Source of the DNA: Pseudomonadota bacterium
Lineage (GTDB): Bacteria; Pseudomonadota; Gammaproteobacteria; Acidiferrobacterales; Acidiferrobacteraceae
Length of the DNA stretch: 64,000 bases
Direction: 5' to 3'
NCBI GenBank assembly: GCA_021827145.1
Contig: JAKAXK010000001.1
Location: 9,006 to 73,005 of the forward strand
The notes under the pieces are model-generated. The model ran no database searches. It had not been told where the DNA came from and saw only the letters and a list, made by a program, of their open reading frames with translations. A program made the translations under genes and the position numbers. How positions within the stretch are numbered: position 1 is the first letter of the stretch; each line of letters starts with the position of its first letter. Positions 1 through 9,962 of the stretch are shown piece after piece.

Positions 1-252
1 GTCGCCGAACCCGATCGCGGCTTCATGGCGGACGCACCGTTCGCGCGGCTCTTCGACGGCGATCGCCTAGTGGCAATCAGTGGCGGGCCCTCGGGCGCGC
101 TCGAACCTGTGCTGTTGCGCACACAATCCCCGCGGCGCGCCACGCTCGCTTGGAGACGCGGTGATACCACCGCCTCGGCGGCCGAACTCCTGGACTATAA
201 CGGACTCGACGCGGGCAGCATCGTAGCCCAGGTCTTGGCGATGGGCGAATAA
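1..252 (+). CDS. 3' end of an unidentified CDS that enters the window from upstream
   Basis: The frame is open from base 1 to TAA at 250-252. The next gene starts (GTG 254) 1 nt after the stop, which suggests operon coupling. I recognised no family. Confidence 0.35.
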   Translation, partial: VAEPDRGFMADAPFARLFDGDRLVAISGGPSGALEPVLLRTQSPRRATLAWRRGDTTASAAELLDYNGLDAGSIVAQVLAMGE

Positions 253-253
253 G

Positions 254-1588
254 GTGGGCGTGCAGGGCACCGGGTCGCGCAAGATCATCGTTTTGGATGA
301 CGACCCGACCGGATCGCAGACCGTCCATTCCTGCCTCCTGCTGACGCGCTGGGACACACCCACGCTGAAGGCGGCCCTGCGCGCCAAAGGCCCGCTCTTC
401 TTCGTTCTCACGAACACCCGTAGCATGGGGCCCGACGAGGCCGCGGATACGGTGCGCGCGGTGTGCCGAAATCTGCGCGTGGCGCTCGGTGATCTGGCCC
501 GCGAAGGGGTGGCGATACGGCCCATCTTCGTCAGTCGCTCGGACTCGACCTTGCGTGGTCATTACCCGGTTGAGACCGATGTCATGACCGAAGAGCTGGG
601 CCCTTTCGATGCCCACTTTCTGATTCCGGCCTTTTTTGAAGGCGGGCGCGTGACGCGCGGCGGGCGCCACTACGTCTTGATGGACGGGGTCCCGGTCCCC
701 GTGCACGAAACCGAGTTCGCGCGCGACACGGTCTTCGGCTACCGCAACAGCGACCTGCGCGAATATGTTGCGGAAAAGACCTCCGGACGCATTGGTGCCG
801 AAGAGGTGTCGCTTTTTACGTTGACGGATGTGCGTGCCGGCTGTGGCGCCCGCCTCAAGGGGCTCTCCGACAATGTCTGCTGCGTGGTCGACGCGGTCCA
901 ACAAAGCGACCTCGACCAGTTCGCGCGCGCCGCCACCGAGGCCGTTGACGCCGGGCAACGCTTCCTGTTTCGCAGCGCAGCAAGCCTGCTCACGTCGCTT
1001 GCCAACCTCCCCCCTCAACCGGTCCCTCCGGAGGCCATGTCGGGTTACGCGCGCGCGGCGGTAGGGGTGGTTGTGGTCGGCTCGCATGTGCGCAAGACCA
1101 CCGAACAGTTGGGTGTGCTGATGCGCGAACCGGACGTATGGGCAGTCGAAATCGACGTCGACCGGGCCCAAAAGGGGGACCGCGCCTTCGTGGCCCAAAT
1201 CCTGGGCGAGATCGACGCCGCGCACGCTGCCCACAAGACCCCGATCCTCTTTACGAGCCGCGCGGAGCGCCAGTTCGCGGATACCCAAGAGCGCCTGCGG
1301 TTCGGGGCAGCGGTGTCGAGCTTCCTGATGCGCATCGTCCAGTCCCTGCCGGAGACCACAGGCTTTCTGATCAGCAAGGGCGGGATCACGTCGAATGACG
1401 TCTTGAGCACGGGGCTTGTCCTCGATAGCTGCGAGGTCGTGGGGCAGATCCTCCCCGGCTGCTCCGTGGTCTGTTGCCCCAAGGACCATCCGCACCACCC
1501 GCTGATGCCGGTGGTGATCTTTCCCGGCAACGTCGGTGACGCCGAGGCCCTGAAAACCGCTTACCGGCGCATGATCGGCCGATTCTAG
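254..1588 (+). CDS. four-carbon acid sugar kinase family protein (DUF1537, OtnK/DtnK-like)
   Basis: The N-terminal 'IIVLDDDPTGSQT' motif and the ~440 aa length are typical of the DUF1537 kinase family. Confidence 0.7.
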   Translation: MGVQGTGSRKIIVLDDDPTGSQTVHSCLLLTRWDTPTLKAALRAKGPLFFVLTNTRSMGPDEAADTVRAVCRNLRVALGDLAREGVAIRPIFVSRSDSTLRGHYPVETDVMTEELGPFDAHFLIPAFFEGGRVTRGGRHYVLMDGVPVPVHETEFARDTVFGYRNSDLREYVAEKTSGRIGAEEVSLFTLTDVRAGCGARLKGLSDNVCCVVDAVQQSDLDQFARAATEAVDAGQRFLFRSAASLLTSLANLPPQPVPPEAMSGYARAAVGVVVVGSHVRKTTEQLGVLMREPDVWAVEIDVDRAQKGDRAFVAQILGEIDAAHAAHKTPILFTSRAERQFADTQERLRFGAAVSSFLMRIVQSLPETTGFLISKGGITSNDVLSTGLVLDSCEVVGQILPGCSVVCCPKDHPHHPLMPVVIFPGNVGDAEALKTAYRRMIGRF

Positions 1589-1909
1589 ATCGGAGCGGCT
1601 CGGCCATCGGAGCCCGCCACCGCGGGTTGCGCCCGGCGCGGGACGGGACCTTGAGGGCTGGATGAACGGCGGTCGTGAACGAAAGGTCGCCTAGCCTCAC
1701 CATCACCCCCGCGCGGGCCGCGTGGCCCCCACAGGCCGATGGACCCCGCACAAGGGGCTCGAGCGCGGGGACGCGGCCCCCAGCGCCCATAGACAGATAA
1801 GCCTTAGCCCCTTATCGTGGCGGCCAAGACCGGGGCTTGCGCGGGCCCGAGGTTTTCCTTATAGTGCGCGGTCTTTAGTGTCAGCATAACGCCCTTGCCG
1901 AGGCGCACC

Positions 1910-2119
1910 ATGAAAGCCGATATCCATCCCGAATACCAGACCATCGCGGTCACATGCGCGTGCGGGAACGTCTTCAAGACAGGTTCCACGCTCGGCCATG
2001 ACTTGGCCGTCGAAGTCTGCTCCGCTTGCCATCCGTTCTACACGGGCAAGCAAAAGATCGTCGACAGCACCGGACGCGTCGAGAAGTTCCGCCAGAAGTA
2101 CGGTCTGCGCAGCAAGTAG
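1910..2119 (+). CDS. rpmE: 50S ribosomal protein L31
   Basis: 'MKADIHPEY...C.CG......[11 protein letters not shown]' is the canonical L31 sequence. I chose the internal ATG at 1910 rather than the ORF-track start. Confidence 0.95.
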   Translation: MKADIHPEYQTIAVTCACGNVFKTGSTLGHDLAVEVCSACHPFYTGKQKIVDSTGRVEKFRQKYGLRSK

Positions 2120-2132
2120 ACACGGACTCGGT

Positions 2133-3395
2133 ATGACGGAGAAGACACGAGACGCGGCGCTCTCGTATCATGCCGCCACGCCCCCGGGCAAGATCGCGGT
2201 CATACCGACGAAGCCGTGCGAAACCCAGGACGACTTGGCGCTTGCCTACACGCCCGGTGTTGCTGAGCCCGTGCGCGCCATCGCCGCCGACCCCGAGAAC
2301 GCTTACCGCTACACCGCCAAGGGCAATCTCGTGGCGGTGGTGAGCGACGGAACCGCGGTGCTGGGTCTCGGGAACGTCGGGGCGCTCGCCTCGAAACCGG
2401 TCCTCGAGGGTAAGGGCGTCCTGTTCAAACGGTTCGCGGACATCGATGTCTTCGATCTCGAGATCAACGCCAGCTCCGCGGAACAATTCATCGAGATCGT
2501 GGCCGCGCTCGAACCGACCTTTGGGGGCATCAACCTCGAAGACATCGCCGCGCCAGCCTGCTTTGCCATCGAAAAGGCCTTGAGTGCGCGTCTGTCGATC
2601 CCGGTCTTTCACGACGATCAGCACGGAACGGCCGTTATCGTGTGCGCGGGACTGCTGAACGCCCTCGAACTCCAGGGGAAATCCCTGAAGACCGCGCGCA
2701 TCGTCTGTCTGGGCGCAGGCGCCGCCGGCATCACGTCCATGCGGCTCCTCATGAGCTTGGGCGCGACCGCGGAGAATATCACCTTAGTCGATAGCTGCGG
2801 TGTGGTGCACAGCGAGCGCACCGACCTCAACGACTATAAGCGCCCTTTCGCCCACGTCACCCCGCTTCGAACCCTACGCGAGGCGATGGCGGGCGCGGAC
2901 GTTTTCGTTGGCGTAGCGGCGGCGGATCTCGTGGACGCGTCCATGGTGCAGAGTATGGCGGCGCGCCCCATCGTGTTCGCGCTCGCCAACCCGGTCCCGG
3001 AGATCCTGCCAGAGGTCGCCCATGCCGCGCGCGCCGACCTCGTCATGGCCACGGGCCGCTCGGATTATCCCAACCAGGTGAACAACGTCCTGGGCTTTCC
3101 TTTCATATTCCGCGGGGCGCTCGATGTGCGCGCCCGCACCATCAATCAGGCCATGCAGCTCGGCGCCGTGCATGCCCTGAGCGCACTGGCAAAGGAGCCG
3201 GTACCGGCCGAGGTCTTGCGGGCCTACCGTCTCGAGCGGCTGACCTACGGCGCGGAGTATTTCATACCAAAACCCCTTGACCCGCGTCTGCGTGAGCGGG
3301 TGCCCGCGGCCGTCGCGCAAGCCGCCATCGATACCGGCGTCGCGCGCGCCCCCTACCCCCAGCATTACCCGCCCTGCCCGGATCGATCAAGCTGA
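2133..3395 (+). CDS. NAD(P)-dependent malic enzyme (short ~420 aa form)
   Basis: '[29 protein letters not shown]' and 'FHDDQHGTA' are malic enzyme signatures. The start was moved to ATG 2133. Confidence 0.85.
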   Translation: MTEKTRDAALSYHAATPPGKIAVIPTKPCETQDDLALAYTPGVAEPVRAIAADPENAYRYTAKGNLVAVVSDGTAVLGLGNVGALASKPVLEGKGVLFKRFADIDVFDLEINASSAEQFIEIVAALEPTFGGINLEDIAAPACFAIEKALSARLSIPVFHDDQHGTAVIVCAGLLNALELQGKSLKTARIVCLGAGAAGITSMRLLMSLGATAENITLVDSCGVVHSERTDLNDYKRPFAHVTPLRTLREAMAGADVFVGVAAADLVDASMVQSMAARPIVFALANPVPEILPEVAHAARADLVMATGRSDYPNQVNNVLGFPFIFRGALDVRARTINQAMQLGAVHALSALAKEPVPAEVLRAYRLERLTYGAEYFIPKPLDPRLRERVPAAVAQAAIDTGVARAPYPQHYPPCPDRSS

Positions 3396-3528
3396 TCGTG
3401 GCGGCGCCACCATCCCCTATGGACGCGATGTCGTGGCGGATCGGCCATGACGACACATCCCGTCAGGGAGGCCCGACCCCGACCCCGACCCCGGATCCGG
3501 CTGCCGTGCACCGGGAACAAGGGCACCC

Positions 3529-4428
3529 TTGATGGCCTACGGTGCCCCCCGCACGGTCCGCGACCACGTCCTGTATGTGGAGCGTCGGCTCAAGGCCGCG
3601 CATGTGGCCTTTGGACACGGGACCGAGGACGCCCGCGATGAAGCGGCTTGGCTCGTGTCCGGCGCCCTGAAGATCGCGCCGAACGGACTTACGGCGAAAC
3701 TCGCCGAGATCCCCAACCGCAAGACCGTGGCGCGCATCCGCAGCCTCCTGGCCGCGCGCATCCGGACCCGTCAGCCGCTCGCCTATCTGCTTGGCGAGGC
3801 CTGGTTCATGGGGCGCCGCTATATCGTCGACCCGCGCGTCATCGTGCCACGATCCCTGATCGGGGAATTCTTGCCCGAAGATGGGGCCTCGCCGCTCGCC
3901 GATCCCGATATCCGCTCCATCCTCGATCTCTGCACGGGCAGCGGGGCCATCGCGATCGCCGCGGCCCGCGCCTTCCCCGGGGCGCGAGTCGACGCAGTGG
4001 ATATCTCGGAAGACGCGCTCAAGGTCGCGGCGCGGAATATCCGTCTCCACGGCCTCGGCGGCCGGGTGCGACTCATTGCCTCGGACCTCTACAACGGCCT
4101 CAAGGGACGGCGTTACGACCTGATTTTGAGCAACCCGCCCTATGTCTCCGCGGCTGATATGGTATCCCTGCCGCGCGAATACCGCACGGAACCCACCCTG
4201 GCACTGGCGGCGGGCCCCGACGGGCTCGATCTGGTGTTGCCCATACTCCGGCAAGCGCCGGGGCATCTCACGGACGATGGGCGTCTGGCCGTCGAAGTCG
4301 GAGCCAGCCGCGAGGCGCTGGAGAAGCGCTTCCCTGACCGACCCTTTCTGTGGCTCGCCTCCGCCGACGACGAGTGTGTCGGCTATTGGCATAGAGAAGA
4401 TCTCGAGGACTTCGCGAACGACGGATAG
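3529..4428 (+). CDS. prmB: ribosomal protein L3 glutamine N5-methyltransferase
   Basis: It has 'GHGT.DA.DEAAWL', 'LDLCTGSGAIAI' and the 'SNPPY' catalytic motif, with PrmB-type length and layout. Confidence 0.85.
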   Translation: MMAYGAPRTVRDHVLYVERRLKAAHVAFGHGTEDARDEAAWLVSGALKIAPNGLTAKLAEIPNRKTVARIRSLLAARIRTRQPLAYLLGEAWFMGRRYIVDPRVIVPRSLIGEFLPEDGASPLADPDIRSILDLCTGSGAIAIAAARAFPGARVDAVDISEDALKVAARNIRLHGLGGRVRLIASDLYNGLKGRRYDLILSNPPYVSAADMVSLPREYRTEPTLALAAGPDGLDLVLPILRQAPGHLTDDGRLAVEVGASREALEKRFPDRPFLWLASADDECVGYWHREDLEDFANDG

Positions 4429-4446
4429 GGTGCCGCCGCGGACGGG

Positions 4447-4887
4447 TCAGCCGCCCTTGCAAGGGCCTGTGCGGACGCCCGTGATACGCTGATGTTCGGT
4501 GACGTTGCCCAAGGCGGTGGTGATGACCGCGCGGGTGCGGCCCGCAAAGCTGCGGCCCCCAGGCCCCAGGCGCAGGCGCGCCGAAACATGCACGCGGATT
4601 GCCCCCTGCCCCCCGGCCTGACTCAGGCGACAGACCTCAGTTACTGTGACCAAACTCCCCTGGACACTCACCGGGCCGTCCATACGGCAGTGGCTACCCT
4701 CGTTTTGCAGGATCTTCCGCGCCGTTATGTGGCCCCCCCGCAGACATGTGGAGTAATGCATGGGACCGCCCGGGGTGCGCGCCATCATGCGCCATTCACC
4801 GGCCACGATCTGCGGCGCCTGGGCCCAAGCCGCCACGGCCCACCCCAAGGCCCCGATTCCTAAGGCTATGCGTCCGATTTTCACCAT
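4447..4887 (-). CDS. small secreted protein (DUF3617-like)
   Basis: A signal peptide 'MVKIGRIALGIGALGWAVAAWA' is followed by 'GEW' and conserved Cys. The start was moved to the internal ATG. Confidence 0.45.
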   Translation of the reverse strand: MVKIGRIALGIGALGWAVAAWAQAPQIVAGEWRMMARTPGGPMHYSTCLRGGHITARKILQNEGSHCRMDGPVSVQGSLVTVTEVCRLSQAGGQGAIRVHVSARLRLGPGGRSFAGRTRAVITTALGNVTEHQRITGVRTGPCKGG

Positions 4888-4945
4888 ATCGTCGTTGCGC
4901 CGCTTTGAGGAGATAGGGAGATTAGGGGACCGGACGCGGCCGCTG

Positions 4946-6652
4946 TCAAGGGCGCGCAGCGGCCGGCGGTCCTCCGCCGTCGCTTCGGGCAGCGTAGAGC
5001 CCATCTATGGCCGCCTGGTAGCGCTCCTCTATCCATTGGCGCCGGACCTTTAGGGTGGGCGTCAGAAAGCCGTTTTCGATCGTCCAAGGGCCGTTGACGC
5101 GCAGCACATGGCGGATCCGGGTGTATCCCGGAAAGGCGTGGAGTTGCGCGTTGGCGCGATCACAGAGAAGCGTTTCATCCTCTATGTCGCTCACCGCCAA
5201 CAGCGCCAAGGCACCACGTCCCTCCCCCACTACCAACGCCTGTTCGAAGGCGTGGTCCTGAAGGATGGCCTGCTCGACATCGGCGGGCGCGACCTTTTCC
5301 CCGTTCGAGAGGACGATTATGTCCTTGGCCCGCCCGGTGAGATACAAGAGACCATTCTCGAGGCGCCCGAGGTCCCCGGTGTGGAGGAAACCCTCGGCAT
5401 CGATCACCTCGGCGGTAGCCTCGAGCTGATTCCAGTACCCTCGCATGATGCTCGCGCCCTTGACGCAAATCTCGTCGTCCAGAAAACGCAGGGTAAGGTT
5501 CGCAAGCGGCCGGCCCACGGAGGCCAAATCGCGATCGGCTAAGTGCAGGCAACTAATCACGGGCGCGGTCTCGGTAAGCCCGTATCCCTGCAGGAAACGC
5601 AGGCCCAAGCCCGTGAAGTAGGCGAGCAGCCGTGGTGACGCCGGGGCGCCCCCCAGGAACACGTAGCGCAGCCTTCCCCCCAGACGGCGCCGTACTGCGC
5701 GACCGACCACGGCATCATAGAGCCAGGCGGACAGCCGTTCGAGCCCGCGAGCCCGTCCCTCGAAGACCGCCAAGCCCGCCGCGGAGGCGCGCGCCACGAG
5801 CTGCTCCCGTCGCGGCGACCTCTTCATCTCCTCCTGCATCTTGGCGTAAGTCCGCTCGAAGATCTTAGGCACGCTCACGAGGATGGTCGGCCGCATACTC
5901 GCGAGATCCGCCGCCAGCTCGGTGATACCACGCGCGAACACGGTCTCGGCCCCCATGGCCACGGCCACGAATTCCCCGACAGTGCGCTCGAGCATGTGCG
6001 ACAAGGGCAGGAACGACAAAAAGCGGTGCGACTCCACGGCGATCTCGGGGATGGCCGCCAACAAGGCGCCGACATTGGCGAGTATATTCCGGTGAGTCAG
6101 CATCACCCCTTTGGGGCGGCCCGTGGTCCCCGAGGTGTAGACGATGGTCGCGAGATCATCCGGATCCGGGTCATGTACCGATGGACGCGCCTTACGACCG
6201 GCCGCCAACCACTCGCCGAAAGGGAGGACGCCACGCACTTCCTTGAAACTCACGATGCCCTGGAGTCCGCAGGCGAGGATTTCGGGGGCCGGCGCCCGAT
6301 CGACGAACAACCAGCGCACACCGGCATCTTTCAGACAATAGGCGATGTTCTCCGGTCGGTCATTAAAGAACAAGGGCACGACCGTAAGGCCCAAGGACAG
6401 CGCCGCAATGTCGCAGAACACCCACTCTGGAGCGTTGTAGGCGCAGATGCCCACGCGATCCCCGGGGGAAAGCCCGCTCGCCGCGAAGGCCGCGCGCACG
6501 CGCGCGACCTCACGCGCGGCCTCGCCCCAGCTCCAGGCGCGCCACCTTCGGCCATCATAACCGCGGTAGGCCGGCTCATCGGGGGTCGTGGCAATGCGGC
6601 GGGCGAACAGCTCGCCCAGCGTAGCCGGGGCATTCGGCATGGCATTCCTCAT
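4946..6652 (-). CDS. AMP-dependent acyl-CoA synthetase (long-chain fatty acid-CoA ligase type)
   Basis: The AMP-binding motif 'IVYTSGTTGRPKGV' is present, along with 'GYGLTE' and 'TGD'. The start ATG 6652 forms an ATGA overlap with the upstream stop. Confidence 0.85.
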   Translation of the reverse strand: MRNAMPNAPATLGELFARRIATTPDEPAYRGYDGRRWRAWSWGEAAREVARVRAAFAASGLSPGDRVGICAYNAPEWVFCDIAALSLGLTVVPLFFNDRPENIAYCLKDAGVRWLFVDRAPAPEILACGLQGIVSFKEVRGVLPFGEWLAAGRKARPSVHDPDPDDLATIVYTSGTTGRPKGVMLTHRNILANVGALLAAIPEIAVESHRFLSFLPLSHMLERTVGEFVAVAMGAETVFARGITELAADLASMRPTILVSVPKIFERTYAKMQEEMKRSPRREQLVARASAAGLAVFEGRARGLERLSAWLYDAVVGRAVRRRLGGRLRYVFLGGAPASPRLLAYFTGLGLRFLQGYGLTETAPVISCLHLADRDLASVGRPLANLTLRFLDDEICVKGASIMRGYWNQLEATAEVIDAEGFLHTGDLGRLENGLLYLTGRAKDIIVLSNGEKVAPADVEQAILQDHAFEQALVVGEGRGALALLAVSDIEDETLLCDRANAQLHAFPGYTRIRHVLRVNGPWTIENGFLTPTLKVRRQWIEERYQAAIDGLYAARSDGGGPPAAARP

Positions 6653-8673
6653 AGGTTCGTAGAGCGACGTGCGAGGAGGTCTCCTTGCGACCACGCCTCG
6701 TCGGGTGTGAAGCGCGGTCCATGGCGCTGGGTCAATTCCAAAAGCCGCGCGTGCACCTCGGCCACCCCCAGAGCGGCGGCATAGCCCAAGGGCCCACCGC
6801 GAAACGGCGCGAAGCCCGTGCCATAAACAAGGCCAATATCCACCATGTCGGCATCAGCCACGATGCCTAGGCGCAGACAGCGTGCCGCCTCGTTCACGAG
6901 CCGCATGATGAGCCGCTCGCCCAAGGCGGAGTCGGGGGCCGGTCGTCGCCGCAGCGAAAAACGCTGCGGGCGAGGGTAGCGATAGAAGCCCTGACCGGAC
7001 TTCTTTCCGAGGGCGCCGGCCTCGACCTTGCGCGCGAGCAACGCCGGGACCGGTATGTCGAGCGCCGCGCCCAGGGTCTGCGCCACGGCGAGACACACAT
7101 CGAGCCCAACGGTGTCGGCCAAGGCGATCGGCCCCATCGGCATGCCGAAATCGGTGGCCGCATCGTCGATATCCGTGAGCGCCACACCCTCCTCCGCAAG
7201 GGTGATGGCCTCGAGCAGATAAGGCATGAGGGCGCGGTTGACGAGAAAGCCGGGCGAGCTTTTGACGTCCACGGGCAAGCGATCGAGACCGACAGCGAGG
7301 CTGCGCATGGCGGCCAGCGTCGCGGGCGTGGTCGCGGTCCCGCCGATCACCTCGATCAGAGGCATCTTGGCCACGGGGTTGAAGAAATGCAGCCCGACGA
7401 GGCGTCCGGGGACAGCCAGCCCCACGGCGAGTTCGTCCAGGGGCAGACTGGAGGTGTTGGTGGCCATGATCGTGCGCTCCGCGACCTGCGCCTCGATCTG
7501 CGCAAAGAGCGCGCGTTTGGCATCGCGATCCTCGACGATGGCCTCTATGACGAGATCGGCCCGCGACAAGGCGCCGCCGCGCATGTCCGGCATCAGCCGG
7601 TCGCGCGCGGCCTCCGCGGCGCGGCCCTTCAGGCGCTCGGCGAAGAGTCCGTGGGCCTTCTTGATGGCGCGTGCGAGCACCTCCGGCGCGCGATCCTGGA
7701 GACTCACCTGGAAGCCTTTGAGGGCCGCCCACGCCGCAATGTCGGCACCCATCACGCCGGCGCCCACCACATGCACGCGCCGGATCCCGTGGACATGTTC
7801 CCGGGCGCGCCGCTTCAGGTCCTCCGACACTTCGAATAAATGCACGAGATGGCGGCTCGCAGGGGTCATGAGCATCTCGGCGCACGACAGGGCCTCGGTC
7901 TCGAAGGGGGCTTGGCGCGTCCATAAAGATACGATGCGGCAAGGGGCCGGATAGTGACGGCAGTCGACCTTTGCCTTGAGCCGCCGCTGCATGAACGCGC
8001 CCAGGTAAGGCCGCAGTAACGGCGTCCCGGCCCAGGCCTGGCGCCAGGGCGGGCGCGCCTTCGGCGGCACATCGCGCACGAACACGCGGGCGGCGGTGTC
8101 CAGGTGACGCGCGGGCACACAGGCGTCCACGAGCCCGAGGCTGCGGGCGCGGCGCCCCGACACGGCGCGCCCGCCGAGCATCAGGGACAGCGCCGGCAAG
8201 GCCCCGATCAAGGTCGGCAGCCGCACGGTCCCACCGAAACCCGGGTGGATGCCGAGCTTGACCTCGGGCAGGGCAAGACTCGTGTGCTCATCGTCGCAGG
8301 CGATACGGTAGCTGCAGGCGAGCGCCAGCTCGAGGCCGCCGCCAAGGCACGGTCCATGGATGACCGCCACCGACGGATAGGGAAGGCGGGACAAGCGCTC
8401 AAGCACCATCTGACCCGCGCGCGTGAGTTCAGCCGCGCGGGCGGCATCGAGAATACGACGAAATTCGTGGACGTCGGCGCCGACCACAAAACTCTCAGGC
8501 TTACCCGACCGGATGAGCAGCCCGCGTGCGGATCGCGTCTCGAGATCGGCAAGCACCTGATCGAGATCGCCCAAGACCTCGCTCGACAGCACATTGTGAC
8601 GTCGGCCCGGCACATCCAAGACGAGCTCGACGATGTCGTCCTGCTCCGAAATTGTCCAATTCTTGCCGGTCAT
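6649..8673 (-). CDS. bifunctional enoyl-CoA hydratase / 3-hydroxyacyl-CoA dehydrogenase (FadB/FadJ type)
   Basis: An N-terminal crotonase fold is followed by the NAD-binding 'VHVVGAGVMGADIA' and the HCDH C-terminal region. The start ATG 8673 forms an ATGA overlap with the thiolase stop. The ORF-track N-terminal extension was discarded. Confidence 0.85.
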   Translation of the reverse strand: MTGKNWTISEQDDIVELVLDVPGRRHNVLSSEVLGDLDQVLADLETRSARGLLIRSGKPESFVVGADVHEFRRILDAARAAELTRAGQMVLERLSRLPYPSVAVIHGPCLGGGLELALACSYRIACDDEHTSLALPEVKLGIHPGFGGTVRLPTLIGALPALSLMLGGRAVSGRRARSLGLVDACVPARHLDTAARVFVRDVPPKARPPWRQAWAGTPLLRPYLGAFMQRRLKAKVDCRHYPAPCRIVSLWTRQAPFETEALSCAEMLMTPASRHLVHLFEVSEDLKRRAREHVHGIRRVHVVGAGVMGADIAAWAALKGFQVSLQDRAPEVLARAIKKAHGLFAERLKGRAAEAARDRLMPDMRGGALSRADLVIEAIVEDRDAKRALFAQIEAQVAERTIMATNTSSLPLDELAVGLAVPGRLVGLHFFNPVAKMPLIEVIGGTATTPATLAAMRSLAVGLDRLPVDVKSSPGFLVNRALMPYLLEAITLAEEGVALTDIDDAATDFGMPMGPIALADTVGLDVCLAVAQTLGAALDIPVPALLARKVEAGALGKKSGQGFYRYPRPQRFSLRRRPAPDSALGERLIMRLVNEAARCLRLGIVADADMVDIGLVYGTGFAPFRGGPLGYAAALGVAEVHARLLELTQRHGPRFTPDEAWSQGDLLARRSTNL

Positions 8674-9962
8674 GATGCGCCACCTCCCCGTATGAGCATG
8701 GCCCCTCCCTGGCCGCCGCCGATGCATAAGGTCGCAAGCCCGAACGCCCCCGGTTGGTCGCGCAAGGAGCGCGCCAGATGCAAGACCAGCCGCGCGCCGG
8801 TGGCGCCGACCGGATGGCCGAGGGCCACCGCGCCGCCATGGGGATTCAGGCGCGCGGGGTCGATCGCGCCCAAGGGGGCATCGAGCCCGAGCTCTTCCTT
8901 GGCGTAGGCCGGGCTCGCGAACGCGGCCTGGCAAGCCAGCACCTGCGCGCTGAACGCTTCATTGAGCTCCACATGACGCAAATCCTCGATACTCAAACCG
9001 TGCGCGTGCAGGAGCTTGGCGGTGGCATGTACAGGCCCGAGCCCCATCTGCGCGGGGTCTACGCCCGCCCAGGCGTGATCCACGATCTCGGCCAACACCG
9101 GCAGCCGTCGGCGCTGCACCATGGCCTCGCTCGCCAGCAGGACGACGGCCGCGCCGTCTGTGATCTGCGAGCTGTTGCCCGAGGTCACGCCCCCGAAACG
9201 CCGATCAAAGACGGGTTTCAGCCGCCCGAGCTTCTCGAGGTCGGTGTCCGGCCGCACTCCGTCGTCTTGGCCATAGCTCTCGCCGCGCGACCCATACAGA
9301 GGCTCGACCTCATCCCGCAAGAGCCCATCGGCCTGACTGGCCGCCACCCGCTGATGACTCTGCAAGGCGTAACTGTCCTGGGCAAGCCGTTCTATATGAA
9401 AGCGGTGCGCGACAATCTCGGCGGTCTGCCCCATGGAGAGAGACACCACCGGGTCGCGCAAGCCGAGCAGCAGCGAGAAGACCGGGCGTAAGTGGCCCAG
9501 GCGAAAATCCGCCAGCGCGCGCAGGCGTCGGGCCGGGGTCTTGGCGCGATACAGGCGCGCCAGCCACCGGCTCATGGCCATATTCCACTGGATGGGGGCA
9601 CGGCTCATGGCCTCGGTGCCACCGGCCAACACCAGATGGGCGCGCCCGGCCCGAATGTCGTCGTAAGCGCTTGCTACCGCCTGCAGCCCGGAGGCGCAGT
9701 TGCGCTGGACCGTGTAGGCCGGAACCGCGAAACCCGTGCCGACCCGCAGACCCACGATGCGTGCGATATTGGCCTCGTCGGGGGCGGCGATGACACAACC
9801 CAATATCACTTGGTCGAGATCCTCGGCATCAAAGGGTTGACGCGCCAAAAGGGCGCGCGTAGCCGCCACCGCGAGATCCGCGGCGCTGAAGGGCCCAGGC
9901 TCGTCGCGCACCTTCAGGAATGGCGTGCGTGCGCCATCAACGATAAACACCCTGGCAGTCAT
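8670..9962 (-). CDS. acetyl-CoA C-acyltransferase (3-ketoacyl-CoA thiolase)
   Basis: Thiolase signatures are 'NCASGLQAV', 'NPHGGAVALGHPVGATGAR' and 'CIGGGQG'. The start forms an ATGA overlap with the upstream giant gene. Confidence 0.9.
   Translation of the reverse strand: MTARVFIVDGARTPFLKVRDEPGPFSAADLAVAATRALLARQPFDAEDLDQVILGCVIAAPDEANIARIVGLRVGTGFAVPAYTVQRNCASGLQAVASAYDDIRAGRAHLVLAGGTEAMSRAPIQWNMAMSRWLARLYRAKTPARRLRALADFRLGHLRPVFSLLLGLRDPVVSLSMGQTAEIVAHRFHIERLAQDSYALQSHQRVAASQADGLLRDEVEPLYGSRGESYGQDDGVRPDTDLEKLGRLKPVFDRRFGGVTSGNSSQITDGAAVVLLASEAMVQRRRLPVLAEIVDHAWAGVDPAQMGLGPVHATAKLLHAHGLSIEDLRHVELNEAFSAQVLACQAAFASPAYAKEELGLDAPLGAIDPARLNPHGGAVALGHPVGATGARLVLHLARSLRDQPGAFGLATLCIGGGQGGAMLIRGGGAS

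Noticed and set aside
6649-8934. The ORF track gives long N-terminal extensions for the FadB-like gene (to 8934), the giant gene (to 17080), sor (17149), uvrD (47336) and others.
   Set aside because: The extensions are Arg/Pro-rich and overlap upstream genes. Internal starts give canonical N-termini with an RBS or ATGA coupling.
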